NCBI GenBank assembly: GCA_947478395.1
Contig: CANJVR010000002.1
Location: 160,001 to 224,000, forward strand
DNA from: Opitutia bacterium
GTDB taxonomy: Bacteria; Verrucomicrobiota; Verrucomicrobiia; Opitutales; Opitutaceae
DNA length: 64,000 nucleotides
Direction: 5' to 3'
Shown piece after piece: positions 49,427 to 59,462 of the stretch (positions within the stretch are counted from its first letter, which is position 1; every line of letters starts with the position of its first letter). The translations under genes were made by a program, and so were the position numbers. The notes under the pieces were generated by a model, which worked only from the letters and a program-made list of their open reading frames with translations, was not told the origin of the DNA and ran no database searches.

Positions 49427-50269
49427 ATGCTGATCAGCACCGCCGAACTCGCCACGCACCGGGAGGATGCCACTTGGGTGATTTTCGATTGTCGCCACGA
49501 TCTGGTGGACCACGGCAAAGGCGAAAAGCTCTACCGCGAAAATCACATCCCCGGCGCGTTATTCGCTCCGGTTGAGACCGCGCTCGCGGGCGTAAAGTCG
49601 GGTGCCAACGGCCGGCATCCGTTACCTTCACCGGCGGCGTTCGCCGAATTTCTCGCGCGGCACGGCGTTTCGCCGACGTCGACCGTCGTGGCCTACGACG
49701 ACGCGGGTGGCCTTTATGCCGCGCGACTGTGGTGGCTGGCGCGCTGGATCGGTTTGCCGAACGTCGCGCTGCTCGACGGCGGGTGGTCGAAGTGGCTCGC
49801 GGAAAGTCGCCCCGTGACGCCCATCGTGCCCCAGCCGAAGCCCGTGGCGGGGTGGCGCGCCGACGTAAAACCGGGCCAAGTGTGGAGCGCAGACGACGTG
49901 TTGGGCCATCTCGGTGATCCGGCGTACGCGTTGATCGATGCGCGAGCCGGTGAGCGGTACCGCGGTGAAGTCGAACCGATGGACCCCGTCGCGGGCCACA
50001 TTCCGGGCGCGGTGAACCGTTTCTATAAAGCGAATCTGAAGGGGGATCTCACGTTTCGTCCCGCAGGGGAATTGAAGGAAGAGTTTCGCGCGCTGCTCGG
50101 ACCTCGTTCGACGGCCGCGATCGGTCATCAATGCGGATCCGGGATTACGGCGTGCGCGAATATTTTCGCGATGGAATACGCGGGATTGCCGGGCTCGAAA
50201 CTTTACGCCGGCTCGTGGAGCGAGTGGGTGGCCGATCCTTCCCGGCCCGTGGTGACCACGGCGCGATGA
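49427..50269 (+). CDS. Rhodanese-family sulfurtransferase (SseA/3-mercaptopyruvate type)
   Basis: HIPGA, GRHPLP, VVAYDD, LDGG, DAR...RY.G, CGSGITAC active loop and Y.GSWSEW. Confidence 0.92.
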   Translation: MLISTAELATHREDATWVIFDCRHDLVDHGKGEKLYRENHIPGALFAPVETALAGVKSGANGRHPLPSPAAFAEFLARHGVSPTSTVVAYDDAGGLYAARLWWLARWIGLPNVALLDGGWSKWLAESRPVTPIVPQPKPVAGWRADVKPGQVWSADDVLGHLGDPAYALIDARAGERYRGEVEPMDPVAGHIPGAVNRFYKANLKGDLTFRPAGELKEEFRALLGPRSTAAIGHQCGSGITACANIFAMEYAGLPGSKLYAGSWSEWVADPSRPVVTTAR

Positions 50270-51336
50270 GTCCGGGCGTGGCATTGCCGACCCGTTGCGA
50301 ACGGCTGGTGGACATCGCCGTGCGCCATGGCGGAACGGTTGATCGGCGCGGAACGGAAACCCGGGTCGACTACGCGCTGCCGACGCATGCGACGCCGGAA
50401 GTGCGGGAGTCCTTCAGCGCTTTCGCGTCGACCGTGTGCGACCCGGAGATCGTTGCGCGATTGCCGGGTGGACGCGTGGTCGGCGCTGGCATTGTCGTTT
50501 CGCCCGACGGCACGAGCATCGCGCGCGATGTGTCGTTGGATTTTGGGAAGTCCGCCTCCGATCACTGGCTGCTTGGGCGAAAGAGTCTCGGCCCGCCGGT
50601 AAACGTGGCGGGACCAGTCACGGTGATCGCTTCGACCCTGGCGTCCGGCTACGCGCACTGGCTGCACGACGAGTTGCCGCGATTGCTTCTGCTCAAGGCT
50701 TCAGAGTTGGCCCCGTGCCTAATTGCGCACGCGGGCCACGAGTTCGCTCGCACCGCACTCGCGCGGTATGGTTGGAAAGGTCGGTTGCTTGCCCCGGCTT
50801 GGCGCGCGCATTTTCAATGCGAAGAGTTGATTGTGCCGGGCCTGGTGGGACACATCGGCCGGGCGACTCCACGCACGGCACAATTACTCAGCGAGTTTGC
50901 GGCCCCGTCGCTCGCCGCGGCTTCGGCTTTCGGTGAACGCATTTATATCTCCCGTGAGGGTGCGCGGCGGCGACGCGTCCTGAATGAAGCGGCGTTGTGG
51001 GGACAACTCGAGGCCCGCGGATTTGCAAACGTGCGCTTGGAAGCACTGACGTGGTCGGAGCAGATCGCTGCTTTCCGGCATGCAAAAGTGGTGGTCGCGC
51101 CGCATGGAGCCGGCCTGGCCAACCTCGTGTTTTGCCGTCCGGGTACGCGCGTGGTGGAGTTTTTTCACCGCGCCTACGTCAACGGATGTTACTGGCAGAT
51201 CGCGGCGGTCAATGGCCTCGACTACCGTCCCGTGGTGGCGGCCGGCGAGAGTCCGCTCGCACTGCAGTCCTTCGCCAGCCGGTTCGATATCGAGGCGGAT
51301 ATCTCCCAGGTGCTCGCGATGCTGGCGGGCATGTAG
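50266..51336 (+). CDS. Glycosyltransferase family 61 (DUF563) protein
   Basis: Y.HWL.D.LPRL, RIYISR, RRV.NE and EQIA.F..A.VVVAPHGAGLANLVFC. Confidence 0.87.
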   Translation: MSPGVALPTRCERLVDIAVRHGGTVDRRGTETRVDYALPTHATPEVRESFSAFASTVCDPEIVARLPGGRVVGAGIVVSPDGTSIARDVSLDFGKSASDHWLLGRKSLGPPVNVAGPVTVIASTLASGYAHWLHDELPRLLLLKASELAPCLIAHAGHEFARTALARYGWKGRLLAPAWRAHFQCEELIVPGLVGHIGRATPRTAQLLSEFAAPSLAAASAFGERIYISREGARRRRVLNEAALWGQLEARGFANVRLEALTWSEQIAAFRHAKVVVAPHGAGLANLVFCRPGTRVVEFFHRAYVNGCYWQIAAVNGLDYRPVVAAGESPLALQSFASRFDIEADISQVLAMLAGM

Positions 51337-51384
51337 CGGCGTGCACCTGATCGCGCGGTTTAGGTTTTCCCGTGGCCGTTCTGG

Positions 51385-51418
51385 GTAGCGGCAGGCGTCT
51401 CGGCCGGCCGAAACGTCG
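51385..51418 (+). repeat. GTAG-type REP-like element
   Basis: gtagcggcaggcgtctcggccggccgaaacgtcg. Confidence 0.75.
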
Positions 51419-51482
51419 TTAGCGACTGCGCTTTGGCTTAAACCACTCGAATGAGCACGCCTCGATCTCAACGGCTGCGCGG

Positions 51483-51725
51483 TTACACTTCAGGCGGACG
51501 CTCGGCCGGTTTGGCCACGGGCAAATGGGCGGCCTGGCGCATGAGCTCCGGCTGGCCGATGCCCAGGCTTCGGGCGAGGGCATTGATCCGCGAGCCTTCC
51601 GACTGGGAAAACGTCGTGACGCGGGCTGTGCCATCACGGTCCACCCACTTTACATGATGGAGCTTTTGACGGGACACTTTTACGAGGTCGCGCAGGAAAA
51701 CCTGATCTAGTTCGGCGAGATTCAT
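51483..51725 (-). CDS. Small hypothetical protein, possible ribbon-helix-helix C-terminus
   Basis: 80 aa, fills an intergenic gap; RVTTF-SQSEGSRINALARSLG-IGQPELMRQAA. Confidence 0.65.
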   Translation of the reverse strand: MNLAELDQVFLRDLVKVSRQKLHHVKWVDRDGTARVTTFSQSEGSRINALARSLGIGQPELMRQAAHLPVAKPAERPPEV

Positions 51726-51821
51726 GCGTGCAATGGGGCGGCCCGATGGTGGTGCGTCAAGGCGGACGGATCGCGGGGGCCAGATATTGACAGCGGTTAA
51801 ACGCGCCGCACGTTCCTATTC

Positions 51822-52373
51822 ATGCGTCCACTTCAACTGATTTCCACGCTGCTTTTTCTTTCGGCCATGACCTCCGCCATCCGCGCCCAGTCCTTGTATG
51901 ATATTCCGGTCAAGGACATCGACGGCAAGGCGGGCACGCTTGCGCCGTATCGGGGCCAGGTGTTGCTCGTCGTCAATGTCGCGTCCGCGTGCGGTTACAC
52001 GCCGCAATACGAAGGGCTCCAGGCGATCTACGAGAAATTCCAGAAGGGCGGGCTCACGGTGCTCGGTTTCCCGTGCAATCAGTTCGGCGGACAGGAGTCG
52101 GGGACCAATGCCGAGATCAAGGAATTCTGCTCGGCAAAATTTCATGTGACCTTCCCGATGTTCGACAAGATTGCGGTGAACGGAGCGCAGCGGCACCCGC
52201 TTTACGCTGCGCTGGCCGGCAAGACTTCGCCGTTTCCGGGGGATATCACGTGGAATTTTAATAAATTTTTAGTCGGACGGGACGGAAAAATTTTGCAGCG
52301 ATTTGGTTCCGGCGCGAAGCCGGACTCGCCTGAGGTCATCAAGGCCATCGAGGCCGCGCTCGCGGCGAAATAA
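51822..52373 (+). CDS. Glutathione peroxidase family protein (Cys-type, signal peptide)
   Basis: VNVASACGYTPQY, LGFPCNQFG.QE and WNFNKFLV. Confidence 0.93.
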   Translation: MRPLQLISTLLFLSAMTSAIRAQSLYDIPVKDIDGKAGTLAPYRGQVLLVVNVASACGYTPQYEGLQAIYEKFQKGGLTVLGFPCNQFGGQESGTNAEIKEFCSAKFHVTFPMFDKIAVNGAQRHPLYAALAGKTSPFPGDITWNFNKFLVGRDGKILQRFGSGAKPDSPEVIKAIEAALAAK

Positions 52374-52573
52374 ATCGCCTGAGGTCGGGGCTTACTCCGT
52401 AAGCGCAAATTGGATTATCAAATTCGGTGGCACGTTCGCCCGCGCTTCTTGGATCGTGATGTGATCCGGACGGGGCGACGCAGGATCTAGGCGAGGGAAG
52501 AAGAGGCCATCGCGCGGGTCATAGGCCCTTCTGTGATTGTCACCCGGTTCTCGACGCCGTAACGAGAAACTCC

Positions 52574-53074
52574 ATGCCGCTGTTTTCCTCGCGCGCCGCT
52601 GCTTTTTTTGCGCGGATAAAACGTGCGCTGGGTCTTGGCGGTGCGGCCGTAGACGGTGCAGCCGGTGCCGGATTGCAGGGCGAACGCCGGGCAGCGGAGT
52701 TTCTGCGCCGCGAGCGTGGTTTCGTGGTTGTGGCTCGAAACTGGAGGAATCCGAAGGACCGTCGCGAGGAAATCGACCTGATCGTGCGCGACGGCAGCGT
52801 GCTCGTTTTTGTGGAAGTGAAAACGCGGGCGGCTAACGCCCTTGTCTCCGGGTTTAACGCCGTCAATGCGCGCAAGAAAACGATCCTGCGCCGCGCGATC
52901 CGCGCCTATCTGCGTGGGCTGGAGGAAAAACCATCTACGTTTCGTTTCGATATCGTGGAGGTGGAGCTCGCGGCCCGGCCGACCGGAGCAAAGGACAGCG
53001 CCGTGGCGGGCCCGGGGTTCGAAGTTCGCCACTACGAGAACGTCGCACTCCTTCCCAAACACTTTCAGCCGTAG
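52574..53074 (+). CDS. YraN family protein (UPF0102)
   Basis: G..GE..A..FL, RNWR, EIDLI, VFVEVKTR and RFDIV. Confidence 0.9.
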   Translation: MPLFSSRAAAFFARIKRALGLGGAAVDGAAGAGLQGERRAAEFLRRERGFVVVARNWRNPKDRREEIDLIVRDGSVLVFVEVKTRAANALVSGFNAVNARKKTILRRAIRAYLRGLEEKPSTFRFDIVEVELAARPTGAKDSAVAGPGFEVRHYENVALLPKHFQP

Positions 53075-53214
53075 GTTCGGCACCGCTTCCATCGATTTCA
53101 TCCGCCGCGCGCGGAGAGAAAAACGAAAATCCGTGCGCTCCTGTAATTAAGCCTTCCGAATTTTTCGGGAGTGCGGTCAACTCGGCGTTGCCCCGCCCCG
53201 TCTCCTGGTCGCCC

Positions 53215-54405
53215 ATGCCCTCATCAGCCCCTTCCTCGTCCTCCTTCGGGAAAACATTTCTGCGCATTGTTGTTGTTCTCGCAATCCTCGGCGGCGCCGG
53301 CTGGGGCGGGAAATTGATTTGGAAGCAAGTCAGCCCCGGGCTTTTCGGCACCAAGCGCACCGATAAAATTCCGACGGCCCGCGTTAAGGTCGCCAACATT
53401 TCCGAGGAAATCGTGGCCGTCGGTCGTGTGCGGGCTGTTTTCTCGACCGAACTTCGCGCCGAGGTGAACGGTCGCATCGTCAAATTGCTGGTGGCCGACG
53501 GTCAGCCGGTGACCAAGGACCAGGAAATTCTCCGGCTTGATCAAACCGACTTACTCACGCAACTGCAGGAGATCGATCGCAACATCGAGGCCTCGAGGCT
53601 CCGCGCCGAGCGCGCCCGGCACGACTTCGAGCGGCAAAAAGATTTGGGGTCGCGGGGCCTCATCGCGGCCAAGGATCTTGATGACGTCCGCATCACATAT
53701 TCCTTGGCCGAAAACGACTCGGCCATCGCCGAGGCGCGCGCCGCTAATCTGCGCGACAAACTTTCCAAGACCACGATTCGCGCGCCGCACACCGGCACGC
53801 TGTTGCTCCGTGATCTAACCGAGGGGCAGCTTATCACGAGCGCCGCCGCCCAAAATGGCGGCACGCTGCTGGGCGAGGTCGCCGATCTCTCCGCGTTGAT
53901 GGTGCGCACCAACATCAACGAAATAGACGTCGCCCGCATCAGTCTCGGCGAGGGTGCCCGCGTGCGGATCGATCCGTTGCGCAACGCCATCCTGGCTGGC
54001 TCGGTGCACCGTATCGCCACCAGCGCGACCGAGAATCAAAACGATCGTACGCGGGTGTTTCCCGTCGACGTTTATCTCGAGGGGAACGAACCGCGTCTCC
54101 GCCCCGGGATGTCGGCCACCATGACGTTCACGCTCGCCCAAGCCGAGAACACGCCCTCGCTGTCGCTCTCCGCCGTGTTTTCCACTGCTGAGGCCGTGCA
54201 CTATGTTTTTATCCGCAAGGGCGAAACCTTTGAAGCGCGCGCGGTGGAGATCGGGATTGCTGATACGCGGCGCGTCCAAGTCCTGTCCGGTCTGATCGTC
54301 AACGACGAGGTGGCGCTTAGCCGGCCGCTGGAATTTGAGGGCGAAATCCCGGCACCGCCCGCTCCGGTGATCAAACCCAAGTTGCCGCGCCGCAGCGGCT
54401 CCTGA
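53215..54405 (+). CDS. Efflux periplasmic adaptor subunit (MacA-like)
   Basis: N-terminal TM, lipoyl-like G.I.KL.V..G..V, hairpin, IRAP..GT, INE.D and LRPGMSA. Confidence 0.88.
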   Translation: MPSSAPSSSSFGKTFLRIVVVLAILGGAGWGGKLIWKQVSPGLFGTKRTDKIPTARVKVANISEEIVAVGRVRAVFSTELRAEVNGRIVKLLVADGQPVTKDQEILRLDQTDLLTQLQEIDRNIEASRLRAERARHDFERQKDLGSRGLIAAKDLDDVRITYSLAENDSAIAEARAANLRDKLSKTTIRAPHTGTLLLRDLTEGQLITSAAAQNGGTLLGEVADLSALMVRTNINEIDVARISLGEGARVRIDPLRNAILAGSVHRIATSATENQNDRTRVFPVDVYLEGNEPRLRPGMSATMTFTLAQAENTPSLSLSAVFSTAEAVHYVFIRKGETFEARAVEIGIADTRRVQVLSGLIVNDEVALSRPLEFEGEIPAPPAPVIKPKLPRRSGS

Positions 54406-54409
54406 TTTT

Positions 54410-55645
54410 ATGCGCCAGCTTCTCATGGGCGTCGGCAGCGGCTGGAGTGAAGTGCTCGGGCACAAACTGCGTTCGTTTCTCACGCTCTTCGGGATCGTCC
54501 TCGGCGCGGCGGCGCTCGTCGGCATGCTCGGCGTCGTCAAGGGACTGCTCCGCGGTTGGGAATCGATGATCTACGAAACCGGTGGCATCGAACGCATCAC
54601 CGTCACTTCGCGTCCCGCACCTGAGGCCCAGCGCGAAATCGCGCCGCTTTCGCCGGGGCGCACGTTGAACGACGTCGAGGCCATTCTTGCCGCCGTCCCG
54701 CTGGCCCAGCGCGTCACCGCCGAGGTGCGCATCCCCAACGGCGGCCGCCTCGCTTTCCAGGGCCGCGCGAGCTGGCAGGATGTGCGCGGCGTGCTGCCGG
54801 CGACTTTCGCGATGGACCGTTTCGAAGCCGGCCAGGGCCGGCTGATCGGCGAACTCGACCTCGAACTGCAAACGCAGGTGTGCGTGTTGGGCATCGCCAT
54901 CGCTGAGCAAATTTTCCCGCGCGGCATCGATCCGCTGGGCCGGACGATCACGATCAATGGCCAGCCGTTCGCCGTCGTCGGAATTTTACCGGAATACAAT
55001 TTCGGGGTCGGGGGCGGCAGTCGCCTCAACCAGAAGAACATGTCGGTGTTCATCCCGCTCACGACGCTGCAGACGCTTTTCCGCACCGATGAAAACGTCG
55101 ACATTCTCAATGTCCAACTGGCCGATGTCACCGACATGCCGGCGGCGCTCGAACAAATCTCGAACGTCCTCACGCGCACCCATCGCGGCGTCCAGGACGT
55201 GCGGCTCGAAACGCGCGAGGACCTGCTCAAGCGCTTTGAGGAAACGCGCAACAGTTACGTCTATTCGCTCGGTGGCGTCGCAATCATCGGGCTGATCGTC
55301 GGCGGCATCGGGATCATGAACGTCATGCTCGCCTCGATCAGCGAACGCGTCCGCGAAATCGGTGTGCGCCGGGCGCTGGGCGCCAAGCGGGTGGACATCC
55401 TCGTGCAGATTCTGGCGGAGTCGCTGACGCTCGCAGTGGCCGGCGGGATTTTGGGCATGTTCGCGAGCATTGGTCTGATAAAAATATTGCAGCAGGTGGT
55501 GGTGGATGCGAACCGGCCGGAGTTATCGCCCGCGGCTCTTTTTATTGGCGTGCTGTTCAGTGGTGTGGTCGGCGTGGTCGCGGGCCTTTATCCCGCGATC
55601 CGCGCGTCGCGCCTAAGCCCGGTGGAAGCGTTGCGCACGGATTGA
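54410..55645 (+). CDS. MacB/FtsX-like ABC permease
   Basis: KLRSFLTLFGI, VGGIGIMNVMLASISER.REIGVRRALGA and GLYPA.RAS.L.PVEALR. Confidence 0.92.
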   Translation: MRQLLMGVGSGWSEVLGHKLRSFLTLFGIVLGAAALVGMLGVVKGLLRGWESMIYETGGIERITVTSRPAPEAQREIAPLSPGRTLNDVEAILAAVPLAQRVTAEVRIPNGGRLAFQGRASWQDVRGVLPATFAMDRFEAGQGRLIGELDLELQTQVCVLGIAIAEQIFPRGIDPLGRTITINGQPFAVVGILPEYNFGVGGGSRLNQKNMSVFIPLTTLQTLFRTDENVDILNVQLADVTDMPAALEQISNVLTRTHRGVQDVRLETREDLLKRFEETRNSYVYSLGGVAIIGLIVGGIGIMNVMLASISERVREIGVRRALGAKRVDILVQILAESLTLAVAGGILGMFASIGLIKILQQVVVDANRPELSPAALFIGVLFSGVVGVVAGLYPAIRASRLSPVEALRTD

Positions 55646-56009
55646 GCGCTCAGATCCAGCGGGCGCGGCGGCCACCCGGTTCCAAGCGGGGAATCTCCAT
55701 GCGTCGATCCGCGCCGCTATCACTCAAGACCGAGTTCCATCGTGCCGGCTTAAGCGGAGCGACGCGGGGTGTCGGCATCGATCTGGACCAGATAGGTCTC
55801 GCGCCGCGCCGGCATTTTCTCATTTGGTTTCAGCATGTCGCATGGTGATTCCTGGACCTTTTTTCAGGCGGTGAATCGGCCGCCAACGCATTTCGCGTAT
55901 CACCTTGAGCCGATCGTTTACGGGGCGAAGCACCACGGCGGACCGCCGTCGCTGACCTTGAGTTTTTCGCTAACCCGTTCCGCCGAGTTCGATCGCAATC
56001 TTACGCAGT

Positions 56010-56819
56010 ATGTCCCGAACGCCTGACCCGACGCATGGCTTCGTTCGCAGCGTCAGCCGTTCGCTCGCCGCGTGTGAACTTTTGCATCTGGCACGGCAGA
56101 AGTTCGACCTGGCCCGCGCGCGTCAACAGCACGCGGCTTATGTGCGGGCGCTCAAAGACGCCGGCGTGCACGTCACCGTTCTCCCCGAGGAACCGGATTT
56201 GCCGGATGCCGTATTCGTCGAGGACACGGCGGTCATGCTCGACGAGCTGGCGGTGTTGGGCCGACTGGGCCTTGCAAGCCGGGCGAGGGAAGGGGAGCTC
56301 ATCGCGTCCGAAATCGAACGCGTGCGGAAACTGTTTTTCATCCAGGCACCCGCCAAGCTGGAGGGCGGCGATGTTTTGCGCGTTGGAAAAACGCTTTTCG
56401 TCGGCCGCTCAACGCGCACGAACCAGAGTGGCATCGATCAGTTGCGCGAAATCACGGCGCCGTTCGGGTACAGCGTCATCGCGGTGGGTGTCACCGGTTG
56501 CCTTCATCTCAAAACCGGCGCGACGGCTCCGGCGCCAGGACTGATCCTGGTGAATCCGGCGTGGATTGATGTCGCGGCCTTCCGTGGGCGCGAAGTCCTC
56601 TCGGTACCGGAGACGGAACCTTGGGGCGCGAACGTTTTACCGGTTAACGACCAGGTGCTGGTCGCGGCGTCCTCGCCGGGGATGGCGGAAATTCTAAAGG
56701 CGCGCGGCTTGAATGTTCGTTCCCTCGAAATCTCCGAGCTACAGAAAGCCGAGGCCGGTCTCACGTGTTTGAGTCTGCTTTATTCGGAGCGCTCGGAGCC
56801 GCCGGGGCCTCGCTGCTGA
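56010..56819 (+). CDS. Dimethylarginine dimethylaminohydrolase family (amidinotransferase superfamily)
   Basis: A..QH..Y, PDAVFVED, LEGGDVL, RTN, LHLKT and GLTCLS (catalytic Cys). Confidence 0.88.
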   Translation: MSRTPDPTHGFVRSVSRSLAACELLHLARQKFDLARARQQHAAYVRALKDAGVHVTVLPEEPDLPDAVFVEDTAVMLDELAVLGRLGLASRAREGELIASEIERVRKLFFIQAPAKLEGGDVLRVGKTLFVGRSTRTNQSGIDQLREITAPFGYSVIAVGVTGCLHLKTGATAPAPGLILVNPAWIDVAAFRGREVLSVPETEPWGANVLPVNDQVLVAASSPGMAEILKARGLNVRSLEISELQKAEAGLTCLSLLYSERSEPPGPRC

Positions 56820-56942
56820 CGTTTGGTATAAGACGGACGTCAGCGAAAAATTTCTCCAATTTCCGGCCCAAAAAAGGACCGAATCGTTGACATCGAACAC
56901 GTCATGGCCACCCCTTTGAGAGCCCATGCGTGCTCCCCTTCC

Positions 56943-59462
56943 ATGAGTTTTCCCCATCCGCTCACCTCTTTTTTTCGGCTCTGCGTCGGCACCGGTGTTT
57001 TCGGTTTCGCGGTGATGGGGGCGATGGCAGCGGATCGTACCGGCCCGAAGCAGGCGCCCGCTCTCGCGCCGCAAGAGGAAGCGGCGTTGCTCCAATTTAA
57101 AAAAGTGGTGGCACCGGTGCTTGAAGAGCATTGCTACGAGTGTCACGGCGACGGGGCGAAGAAAGGCGGACTGGCGTTGGACGAGCTGAACACGCCGCAG
57201 CAGATTCTGCATAATCCTGAGGTCTGGTTGAAGGTGCTGCGGAATACGCGATCCCACATCATGCCACCGCCGGACAGCGAGCCACCCACGAGTGCGCAGC
57301 AGCTGGCGCTGGAGGATTGGATCAAGACCGGAGCGTTTGGACTCGATCCAACTCAATCTGACCCAGGCCGGGTGACGGTACGCCGGCTGAATCGGACGGA
57401 GTATCGCAACACGATCCGAGATTTGACCGGCGTGGATTTTGACACGGAGCACGGACTCGCGGCCGACGACATCGGCTACGGTTTCGACAACATTGGCGAC
57501 GTGCTGACGCTTTCGCCGATGCGCATGGAGAAACTGCTCTCGGCGGCTCAGGCGGTCGTGAAGCAGGGCGTGCCCGCAGACGCCACCGCGATCACCGAGC
57601 AGATGATCCTCGGCAAGCAGTTCCTGAGTGACGACGGCACGAAGAACGGCGACCCGATGTCGTTCTATCAGGATCGGGTCGTCGCTCATACGTTCAAAAT
57701 AGAGATCGCGGGCGACTATCGCGTGGTCATGGCGACGTCGGTCGACGGCACCGGTAATCCCGATCCGAAACATTGTCGCGGGATAGTATCCTGCGACGGC
57801 AAGGAATTTTACGCGCAGGAATACGTCTGGGCGGACTGTATGTTTTTTCAGAACGAGCGGGTGGTGCATCTCGAGGCCGGCGAACATAAATTTGAATTTC
57901 GCCTCGAGCAGATTGATCCGACGCTGAAGCAGCAGGGTAAGATGGATTTGAAGCTCGTCTGGATGCAGTTATTGGGACCGACGGCGCGCAAGGATTGGCC
58001 GCAGGCGCCTAACTACTCACGTTACTTTTCGCGCGATCGTGCCCCCACGGATCCAGTCCAACGCCGCACCTATGCGCGCGAGGTCATCGCCAAATTTGCG
58101 CTGAACGCGTATCGTCGCCCCGTCGAAAGTTCGGTCATTGACGGCCTGGTAAACCTGGCCGAAGGGGTCTACACGACGCCCGATACCACTTTCGAAGTGG
58201 GGATCTCGCGCGCGATCGTCGCCATTCTGGCTTCGCCCCGTTTCCTGTTTCGCTTCGAGGAGGCTGAGCCGGTGGCGGCCGGTGCGCAGGTGGCGAACAT
58301 CGATGAATTTTCGCTGGCGTCGCGGCTTTCCTATTTCCTGTGGTCTTCAACTCCGGACGATGCGCTGCTCAAGCTAGCGAGCACCGGTTCGCTGCGGAAG
58401 AATTTGGCTTCGGAAGTGAAGCGCATGCTGGCGGATCCGAAGTCGGCGGCTTTTCTCGAAAACTTTCCCGGCCAGTGGCTGCTTTCCCGCGAGGTTTCCC
58501 ATATCGCGCTCAATCGGCCGATCATTCTCGCGCGCGAAGGGATCAAGCCCGCGGCCCCGCGGCGCGGCGGCTTTGGCCAGGGCGCGGCCGCACCGACTGA
58601 TCTTACGCCTGACGAACGCCTGGCGCTCAGAGCGGAGGCGGAATCGTATTTCGGCTATGTCGTCCGGGAAAACCGTAATGTGCTCGAGTTGATCGACAGC
58701 GACTACGCGTTCCTCAATCAAACGCTGGCGACCTACTACGGGCTGCCGGCCGACACGGCCAAAGGTCCGGAGATGCGCAAAGTCCAGCTCGCGGCCGACG
58801 ATCCCCGCGGCGGCGGAGTCATCACGATGGCCAGCACGCTGGCGGTGACTTCGAATCCGACGCGCACCTCGCCTGTAAAACGCGGCAAGTGGGTGCTCGA
58901 AAATATCCTCGGGGCGCCTTCGCCACCGCCGCCGCCGGCCGTGCCGGCCCTGGAAGAAACGGAGAAAAAAATCTCCGACCGGCTGCCGTCGCAACGCGAA
59001 CTACTGGCCCTTCACCGCGCCGATCCGCTCTGCGCTTCGTGTCACAATCGCATGGATCCCCTCGGTCTCGCCCTCGAGAATTTCAATGCACTGGGTCTTT
59101 ACCGCACCAAGGAGCTCGACCAGCCGGTTGATTCCGCCGGGACGTTGTTCACCGGCGAGGCGTTTAAAAACGTCCGGGATCTAAAGCACATCCTGGCGAC
59201 CAAACATCAGGCTGAGTTCTATCGCACGCTCACAGAGAAGCTCATGATCTACGCACTCGGTCGCGGTACGGAATATTACGACGTGCCTACGGTGGACAAA
59301 ATTGTCGAGCGCCTGCACCGTAACGGCGGGCAGTTTGGCGAGCTTTTGATGGGCGTCATCGAGTCGGCCCCTTTCCAACAACGCCGCATTGCTGAGTCAC
59401 CCTCTCCGTCGGATCGAAAATTGGTATCTATTACCGCCATCACTAATTCCTCCAATCCATGA
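56943..59462 (+). CDS. DUF1592 (PSD/PSCyt) multi-domain cytochrome c-like protein
   Basis: CYECH and CASCH heme motifs, MPP, RRLNRTEY.NTIRDL, LASRLSYFLWSS.PD and TSPVKRGKW. Confidence 0.9.
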   Translation: MSFPHPLTSFFRLCVGTGVFGFAVMGAMAADRTGPKQAPALAPQEEAALLQFKKVVAPVLEEHCYECHGDGAKKGGLALDELNTPQQILHNPEVWLKVLRNTRSHIMPPPDSEPPTSAQQLALEDWIKTGAFGLDPTQSDPGRVTVRRLNRTEYRNTIRDLTGVDFDTEHGLAADDIGYGFDNIGDVLTLSPMRMEKLLSAAQAVVKQGVPADATAITEQMILGKQFLSDDGTKNGDPMSFYQDRVVAHTFKIEIAGDYRVVMATSVDGTGNPDPKHCRGIVSCDGKEFYAQEYVWADCMFFQNERVVHLEAGEHKFEFRLEQIDPTLKQQGKMDLKLVWMQLLGPTARKDWPQAPNYSRYFSRDRAPTDPVQRRTYAREVIAKFALNAYRRPVESSVIDGLVNLAEGVYTTPDTTFEVGISRAIVAILASPRFLFRFEEAEPVAAGAQVANIDEFSLASRLSYFLWSSTPDDALLKLASTGSLRKNLASEVKRMLADPKSAAFLENFPGQWLLSREVSHIALNRPIILAREGIKPAAPRRGGFGQGAAAPTDLTPDERLALRAEAESYFGYVVRENRNVLELIDSDYAFLNQTLATYYGLPADTAKGPEMRKVQLAADDPRGGGVITMASTLAVTSNPTRTSPVKRGKWVLENILGAPSPPPPPAVPALEETEKKISDRLPSQRELLALHRADPLCASCHNRMDPLGLALENFNALGLYRTKELDQPVDSAGTLFTGEAFKNVRDLKHILATKHQAEFYRTLTEKLMIYALGRGTEYYDVPTVDKIVERLHRNGGQFGELLMGVIESAPFQQRRIAESPSPSDRKLVSITAITNSSNP

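Noticed and set aside
51822..52373. Selenocysteine recoding in the glutathione peroxidase
   Set aside because: The active-site codon is TGC (Cys) and there is no in-frame TGA.
55646..56009. Possible gene or remnant after the MacB-like permease
   Set aside because: Frames are short or stop-interrupted and resemble nothing I can identify.
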